From Armatimonadota bacterium (GTDB taxonomy: Bacteria > Armatimonadota > Hebobacteria > CAIYQO01): 38,967 nucleotides of DNA. Below, in pieces: positions 33,586 to 38,967 of this stretch; the stretch's first letter is position 1; each line of letters opens with the position of its first letter. A program made the translations under genes and the position numbers. The notes under the pieces were generated by a model. The model ran no database searches and was not told the DNA's origin. It saw only the letters and a list, made by a program, of their open reading frames with translations. The stretch lies in NCBI GenBank assembly GCA_038248345.1, contig JBBRXO010000014.1, positions 1 to 38,967 on the forward strand, written 5' to 3'.

Positions 33586-35841
33586 CTATATCTCCATCAG
33601 ATTGTGCTTCACAATCCATTCATTTTTTCCCGAGCGTACGATCACGGTATTATCCTGGTAGTCAGCGAACTCCACCCCCGGAGCATCCTGCGCGACCAAG
33701 ATAACCGGCTTGCCATAGAAGCCGCTGCCTTCATGCCCATCCGGGCCATACTGACTATCCCCGGCATCACAACAGATGATAACATCGATCTCGGTACCGA
33801 AGAATTTTGCGGGTAGCTCAATCTCCGGCTCCAGCAGATTCATCCGCATGGTATGGCTACTTACATCAACAATTTCACCGTTGATCCACAGTTGCAAATT
33901 GAACATCTGCTTCGGCAGCCGTAACCAGCTGGCCGTTGCAGCGGGAACATTTATGGTGCGGCGGAACCACCAGCGTTGGACTACCGGCAAGTTGCGTTGC
34001 ATATAGGGCGGCACCGTGAGCGACACCATGGTAGCCTGCTGGAAGAATAGTTCCAGGATGCTGGCAACATCTTGATTTTTCTCCGCATCCGGGACGGCGT
34101 ACCATTCACCGCTGACATCCTGCACAACTTCTCGCGTTGCTTCGGGGAAGGCCAGCCATAACCAGCGGCACTCTCTACCTTGTTGCGTGAAATCTACCAG
34201 CAGGGATGCGCCATCCAGCCGCTCTGGATACCCTTTTATCGGAGTAACCTTGCTACTGTCTGGCCCAACCAGGGGGAGGAGGGAAAGCCGAACACCTTCG
34301 GCAGTTTCTACTGAAATACCGCGTTTGGCGTCAATTTGTTGGGGGCGCAAGAAGAAGCGCGCACCTACTTCATGAGGTTGCGTAAAGCTGGCCAGGTCTT
34401 CAATCAGCCAGAAACGTTCCTCGATAAGGCGAGAGCGCCGTCGCACAGTAATGGCATCGGTAAACCTTTCTTTATAGATAGGGGTAACATCGGTGATGAC
34501 GGATTTTTCGTCTAGTGAGGCCGCGATTAATGTCGATTGCGGGTATTCACTGAAGGCGCGCATCCCTTCCCACTTATCCACCAGAATTACCGAATGTCCA
34601 CCCCCGCATCCGACGCCAAAGTTGAATTTGCGGGTCGTGCCAAGATCCATAAAGCTGACTTCTCGCCAGGTGTCGTCATAGTTAAAGGCGGTACAATCCT
34701 TGTCCGGTGTGCCATCAACTGTTAATGGACTGCCATAGGCCGTGAGTACGATGGCATTGGGATTTACGTGCGCACGAGTGGGGAAATGCGGCGTTGATTC
34801 ATCCCACATCTGCATCAGATATAGCTGTGCATCGTCAGAAATTAACGCGGCGCCCACTTCTGGCTCGCACCAGGACTTAAAAGTAGCTTTATCCTGGCAG
34901 TTATTTTTCGGCCACCAGATGAGCGACCAGATTAAATCATCGAATCCCCAGCCGATGGATTGATCAACCGCCCAGTTTGCCTGCTGTTCTAATAATTCAC
35001 CATAGAAAGGATCGGCGCTGCGATGGGCAGCGTATGCCACGCAGGAGCGTACCGGCTGCGAGTAGCCGTAATGATCCCACGGTAGCAGCAACCCATTAGG
35101 CATCCACTCGCGGGCGATCATGCGGCAGATAGCTTCGGCATTGCCGCTTGCCGGGGGTAGCGTTTTATTAAACCAGTTGCCGCCCTCTGTTCGCTCCAGC
35201 AATTCGACGATAAAGGGGATTGACGGGCCTACTACGGCATCCATATATGTGCTGCCTTCGCCGGAGTAACCGGAGGGTGGCATACCCCCGATTAATGAAG
35301 GGAGGCGGCGGATACCATCGGTGTACATCCGTTGCGCCATAGCGCTCTCGTTGAAGAGGTGACCCAGCAACGCATTACTGAAGCAGAGCGACATCGTCTG
35401 GTTATCAACACATTCGGGCTCAGGCTTGGTACGCATACCATAGAAAAAATTGATGTATTGGAAGGTTAATAACGCTTCACGGATTTCTTTCTCTTCTTCC
35501 GGTTCCCAGACTTCCATCCCGGCAAGCCAGTGGAAATACAACGACCACCGAGCATGCGGGAAAGCGAAGCACCAGAAATGGAACTGCAGTCCCATACCAA
35601 AGCTTTGCGGATCCATTGTTGCGACGTAATTTCGTACCGCATCTTTGGCATTTTCGATGTCATCTTTTTCGCCTGTAATTAAGGCGACAAAGGGAGTGAA
35701 CCAGGGGAATTTTTCTGGCGCTTTGCGGGCGCGGCGTTTGACTGAATTCCATACACGCCCCATCAGCTCGCCGTCATTTTCCGCGTGAGATAATTTCTCC
35801 CGCAACTCCGCCAAGTCATCAATATAAAACGGTTGTTTCAT
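33586..35841 (-). CDS. Heparinase II/III-like polysaccharide lyase-fold protein, no signal peptide
   Basis: Helical N-terminal part with DNQ and SGEGSTY (EG..Y). Then RAHVNPNAI (H.H.D.N-like), GGHSVILVD (HN..LVD-like) and RRRSRLIEERFWLIEDL. C-terminal WFRRTI...LWING resembles a sugar-binding domain. AAGGAG RBS. Confidence 0.65.
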   Translation of the reverse strand: MKQPFYIDDLAELREKLSHAENDGELMGRVWNSVKRRARKAPEKFPWFTPFVALITGEKDDIENAKDAVRNYVATMDPQSFGMGLQFHFWCFAFPHARWSLYFHWLAGMEVWEPEEEKEIREALLTFQYINFFYGMRTKPEPECVDNQTMSLCFSNALLGHLFNESAMAQRMYTDGIRRLPSLIGGMPPSGYSGEGSTYMDAVVGPSIPFIVELLERTEGGNWFNKTLPPASGNAEAICRMIAREWMPNGLLLPWDHYGYSQPVRSCVAYAAHRSADPFYGELLEQQANWAVDQSIGWGFDDLIWSLIWWPKNNCQDKATFKSWCEPEVGAALISDDAQLYLMQMWDESTPHFPTRAHVNPNAIVLTAYGSPLTVDGTPDKDCTAFNYDDTWREVSFMDLGTTRKFNFGVGCGGGHSVILVDKWEGMRAFSEYPQSTLIAASLDEKSVITDVTPIYKERFTDAITVRRRSRLIEERFWLIEDLASFTQPHEVGARFFLRPQQIDAKRGISVETAEGVRLSLLPLVGPDSSKVTPIKGYPERLDGASLLVDFTQQGRECRWLWLAFPEATREVVQDVSGEWYAVPDAEKNQDVASILELFFQQATMVSLTVPPYMQRNLPVVQRWWFRRTINVPAATASWLRLPKQMFNLQLWINGEIVDVSSHTMRMNLLEPEIELPAKFFGTEIDVIICCDAGDSQYGPDGHEGSGFYGKPVILVAQDAPGVEFADYQDNTVIVRSGKNEWIVKHNLMEI

Positions 35842-35908
35842 CCGTTCTCCTTTAAGTTATGCCGCTATCGTATGGTAGTCAAGCATATGCGTTACTAAGG
35901 CTATTAGC

Positions 35909-35933
35909 AAAACTGTAGCACTGGTTGCTACAG
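35909..35933 (-). terminator. Hairpin downstream of cca (terminator, or operator overlapping a promoter)
   Basis: Minus strand reads CTGTAGCA-ACCAG-TGCTACAG followed by TTTT, about 50 nt after the cca stop. Confidence 0.55.
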
Positions 35934-35981
35934 ATGGTCAAACGTTCCGATTGGTATTTCCCCGTCGAGTTGGAAGTACCT

Positions 35982-37331
35982 TTATTTCGCTAATAGACGG
36001 AGCAACTCTTCCCGGGTATTGAGGGTGGGGTCATCCAGTACCATCTCTTGCAGTGCCGCCAATAGCTGCCCGATACGCTTACCTGCGGGTATGGCTAGCG
36101 TTGTCATCACATCCTCGCCAGTGATCACCAGCTTCAGCGTCTCCAGGGGGGTGGCGGTACATATTTTGGTCAATTTGGCGCGCAAATCGGCGATTTCTGC
36201 GGCACATTCTGCAGGTATGCGCGTGCCGGCCCCTAGCATATCTGCCTGGCGAAAGGCGATCAGTTGCTCTACCATCGGACGGCCCAGTTTATTGAGCAAA
36301 CGTCGCCAGGCGGCGTCACCGCCGAAGTTGACGCCGTGGTTGGCGACCAATTCTACTACCTCTTGCCGTAGTGCGGCGGGGAAGCGCAGGCGCATTAGCG
36401 CTGCATCGGCCAGGCGCGCGCTGGTCGCCTCGTGCCGGTAGAAATGCCCGATGCCATCGTCTCCCACGGTATAACATGCCGGTTTGCCCATATCATGCAG
36501 CAGCGCCGTCAGCCGCAGAGGTAACTCGGCAGGTACGTTCTGCAGCACAGCCAGCGTGTGGCGCCAGACATCCATGGCGTGGTAGGGGTTGTGCTGTTCG
36601 AAGCCGATTGTGGGCAACAGCTCTGGCAGTATATAGGGAAAGGCGCCCAGTTGTTGCAATAGTTCCAACGCATATGCCGGGCGTGCGCCGCAGAGCATTT
36701 TGCTCAGCTCATCACGTACTCGCTCGCAGGAGACGTTGGCGAGCAGCGGCGCATTATCGGCGATAACCTGCAACGTATCTTCGCTAATGCTAAACTCCAG
36801 CGTAGCCGCGAAGCGCACGGCACGCAACATGCGCAAGGCGTCCTCGCGGAAACGTAATGCCGGGTCACCGACGCAGCGGATCACTTTAGCAGTCAGGTCA
36901 TGCTGGCCGCCATAGGCATCAAGTATCTCACCGGTGGCAGTATCCATAGCCAGCGCATTAACGGTAAAATCGCGCCGTGCCAGGTCATCGGCGATACTGT
37001 TGGAGAAGCTCACTGAATCGGGCCGCCGGCCATCTGAATAGTTGCCATCAGCACGGAAGGTCGTCACCTCCACGCCATTTTCAAAATCTCCCCGCACAAA
37101 GATGGTGACGGTGCCAAAGCGTGCGCCGGTGGGAACCACAGTACAATCGGCGATATCAGCAAAGATAGCGCTAATCTCATCCGGCGTCAGCGCACACGCC
37201 AGGTCGCAGTCATGCGGCGCCCGCCCCAGGCAGATATCCCGCACCCACCCCCCCACCGCGTAGGAGGTACCCCCCCGCGCGGTGAGAATAGCGGCGATAT
37301 ATTTGGCCCCCTCCGGCAATTGCAGATTCAT
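35982..37331 (-). CDS. cca: CCA tRNA nucleotidyltransferase with HD domain
   Basis: AVGGWVRD, HDCDLA, EVTTFRADGNYSDGRRP, DLARRDFTVNALA, RFREDALRMLRAVRFA and ERVRDEL. HD region HAMDVWRHT...LLHDMGKP...FYRHE. Confidence 0.93.
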   Translation of the reverse strand: MNLQLPEGAKYIAAILTARGGTSYAVGGWVRDICLGRAPHDCDLACALTPDEISAIFADIADCTVVPTGARFGTVTIFVRGDFENGVEVTTFRADGNYSDGRRPDSVSFSNSIADDLARRDFTVNALAMDTATGEILDAYGGQHDLTAKVIRCVGDPALRFREDALRMLRAVRFAATLEFSISEDTLQVIADNAPLLANVSCERVRDELSKMLCGARPAYALELLQQLGAFPYILPELLPTIGFEQHNPYHAMDVWRHTLAVLQNVPAELPLRLTALLHDMGKPACYTVGDDGIGHFYRHEATSARLADAALMRLRFPAALRQEVVELVANHGVNFGGDAAWRRLLNKLGRPMVEQLIAFRQADMLGAGTRIPAECAAEIADLRAKLTKICTATPLETLKLVITGEDVMTTLAIPAGKRIGQLLAALQEMVLDDPTLNTREELLRLLAK

Positions 37332-37476
37332 GCTGGTATTATACTGCAGCTTGGCCTGCAGGTCTGCAGGTATGACCCTATATTTTTGACCCCCACCCCC
37401 AATTCAGGTTAAGATACGTTTGCAGGTACTTGATTCGATGGAGCTGGGAGCGAATTGTGGGGAATGAATTTTCTTC

Positions 37477-37503
37477 AACACAGAGGGCACAGAGAACACG
37501 GAG
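37477..37503 (+). repeat. 9-bp tandem repeat (CACAGAG-like x3) supplying the RBS of the symporter gene
   Basis: aacacagag-ggcacagag-aacacggag, ending 3 nt before ATG 37507. Confidence 0.65.
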
Positions 37504-37506
37504 ATT

Positions 37507-38487
37507 ATGAACCACCCATCAAAAAAACTAAATACCCCATTCTGGCCACAATACTGGTTCTACTTCGCCTTAGTCACCGCGTTTCTCTTCGGCTGGTATC
37601 TGCCGGGGGCGGGGGGAGCGCTGAAGCATGGGGGGCTGCTGCCGTGGCTGGTGGCGGGGGCTTTTTTTCTTAACGGCTTTATCCTGGCTACCGATGATGT
37701 GCTGCGCAGCATCCGCGAGTGGCGGGCGCTGGCGTTCACGCTGGTCAGCTCCTTTGTCGTCGCGCCTGCGCTGGTGATGCTGGTGCGTACCTGGCTGCCG
37801 GGGGGCGAGACGCCGCTGGCGCAGGGGTTTCAGCTGCTGGCGGTGGTGCCCACCATGCTGGTCTCCACCGTGGTGCTCACGCGCATCGCCCGGGGCAATG
37901 CGGCGCTGGCGCTGTTCCTCACCGTCTCCACAAATCTGCTGGCCATCATCATCGTGCCGGTGCTGCTGCGCCTCACCCTCGGATCCAGCAACATCAGCCT
38001 CGATATCCCGGCCATCACCACCAACCTGCTCCTCACCGTGCTGCTGCCCACCGTCGCCGGGCAACTGGCGCACCACCGCTGGCATACCTGGGTACAGCGT
38101 TACCAGCGCATCATCTCGGTGCTCTCGCAGTGCGTCATCCTGCTCTTCATCATCATCGCCATGGTAGATATCCCGCGCGGCAACATCACCCCCGCCACCT
38201 GGCTCATCACCATCGGCGGGGCGCTGCTCTTGCACATAACGCTACTCATCGGCAGCGCCAGTGCCGGCAAAGGCTTCCGCTTCGACACCCCTTCGCGCCA
38301 CGCGCTCACCTTCTGCAGTGCGCAAAAATCCATGGCCTTCTTCGTCATCCTCTATGACCGCATCTACGCCGCCCACCCCGGCTTCGGTCTGGTGGTGCTT
38401 CCAGCGATAGTCTTCTACGTCATCGAGCTAGGCCTGGATAGTGCGCTGGCGCAACGGTGGGGGGGACGTAAGTCTGTAGGTCTGTAG
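37507..38487 (+). CDS. Bile acid:sodium symporter family (SBF-like) transporter
   Basis: About 10 hydrophobic helices, FFLNG, VPTMLVSTVVLTRIARGNAALAL and FCSAQKS. Candidate promoter TTGACC-18-TAAGAT at 37386-37415. Confidence 0.88.
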   Translation: MNHPSKKLNTPFWPQYWFYFALVTAFLFGWYLPGAGGALKHGGLLPWLVAGAFFLNGFILATDDVLRSIREWRALAFTLVSSFVVAPALVMLVRTWLPGGETPLAQGFQLLAVVPTMLVSTVVLTRIARGNAALALFLTVSTNLLAIIIVPVLLRLTLGSSNISLDIPAITTNLLLTVLLPTVAGQLAHHRWHTWVQRYQRIISVLSQCVILLFIIIAMVDIPRGNITPATWLITIGGALLLHITLLIGSASAGKGFRFDTPSRHALTFCSAQKSMAFFVILYDRIYAAHPGFGLVVLPAIVFYVIELGLDSALAQRWGGRKSVGL

Positions 38488-38527
38488 GTCTTTAAGTCTG
38501 TAGGTCTGTAGGTCTGTAAGTCTGTAG
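38472..38527. repeat. Octamer tandem repeat (GTCTGTAR-like) x7
   Basis: gtctgtag gtctgtag gtctttaa gtctgtag gtctgtag gtctgtaa gtctgtag; it overlaps the symporter stop codon. Confidence 0.92.
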
Positions 38528-38530
38528 GTG

Positions 38531-38555
38531 CGTGGCATGGGCGTCCCGCCCATGC
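38531..38555 (+). repeat. REP-like hairpin (CGTGG family)
   Basis: CGTGGCATGGGCGTCCCGCCCATGC, almost identical to 2905-2929. Confidence 0.85.
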
Positions 38556-38585
38556 TTCGATTGCTTGCAGGTAAGCACTACCCAA

Positions 38586-38774
38586 TCAACTCACAACCTC
38601 GCTCTGTGCATGAATGGCAAACTCAATGTCGCTCTCTTCCAAGTCGCTTCCAACCTCGCTGAACGCCGCAAATAATTGGCGCTCTATTATCGTATGGTAG
38701 CACGTCAAGGTATCACTTAGTGGTGAAGCGCCGACCTTGCGCCTCATGTTACTCTGATTCGACATCTCCACCAT
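38586..38774 (-). CDS. Small hypothetical protein, possibly an antitoxin remnant
   Basis: GAGG RBS before the ATG. Acidic C-terminus LFAAFSEVGSDLEESDIEFAIHAQSEVV is antitoxin-like in character. No partner toxin downstream. Confidence 0.4.
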   Translation of the reverse strand: MVEMSNQSNMRRKVGASPLSDTLTCYHTIIERQLFAAFSEVGSDLEESDIEFAIHAQSEVVS

Positions 38775-38783
38775 TTACCTCAC

Positions 38784-38930
38784 TCACACAGTGAACTCTG
38801 TCCGGGCGATTACGCTATCCTGCAGTCCTTTCGCGAGGAGGTTGAAATACTCGCTGTACCCGCCGATGCGCACGATCAGATCCTGGTATTGTTCGGGATG
38901 CTGCTAAGCGGCCAGCATGTCGTCCTTGCT
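38784..38930 (-). pseudogene. Glycyl-radical enzyme (PFL-family) C-terminal fragment with internal amber stop
   Basis: Not in the ORF track. Reads SKDDMLAA*QHPEQYQDLIVRIGGYSEYFNLLAKGLQDSVIARTEFTV*. LIVRIGGYS is the glycyl-radical motif. TAG at 38904-38906 replaces the conserved Gln. Confidence 0.85.
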
Positions 38931-38967
38931 CCGGCACCCGCGCCGCCCATTCGCCTAATTCACGTAA

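Noticed and set aside
38904..38906. Genome-wide amber (TAG) reassignment suggested by the in-frame TAG in the GRE fragment
   Set aside because: TAG ends several clearly complete genes here (13671, 22943, 33016, 33586, 38487), and no long gene contains an internal TAG.

Overview
Bacterial chromosomal window of mostly housekeeping, envelope and carbohydrate genes from a diderm organism (lptA/lptC-like genes; Armatimonadota-like is only a weak impression). Left to right: (1) an internally deleted IS4/IS50-like transposase remnant ending in a Tn5-like end; (2) a minus-strand run of a RidA-family gene, a His-tailed CbiO-like ECF ATPase, a Zn-finger membrane protein, lptA, lptC and a lipoprotein; (3) two divergent giant secreted multidomain proteins (a NodB-like deacetylase and a TIGR03790-like protein); (4) dapL, a NagB-like deaminase, an EAL-CBS-GGDEF protein and ktrB-ktrA; (5) a Phd/YefM + RelE-like toxin-antitoxin module with TGTACA operators; (6) a fucose-isomerase-family gene, a GT4 glycosyltransferase and a 2762-aa cyclic beta-1,2-glucan synthase; (7) a heparinase II/III-like gene paired with a HEAT-repeat gene, CCA nucleotidyltransferase, a bile-acid:Na+ symporter, and a broken glycyl-radical C-terminal fragment at the right edge. 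Intergenic DNA is crowded with several REP/REPIN-like palindrome families (some nested) and with 7-, 8- and 9-bp tandem-repeat arrays, two of which form inverted-arm elements. No rRNA, tRNA, CRISPR array or recognisable riboswitch was seen. The best candidates for new biology are the divergent lyase + HEAT pair, the divergent giant secreted proteins (one with a domain inserted in a duplicated domain) and the repeat-armed small elements. All family assignments are by-eye motif recognition, not database searches.
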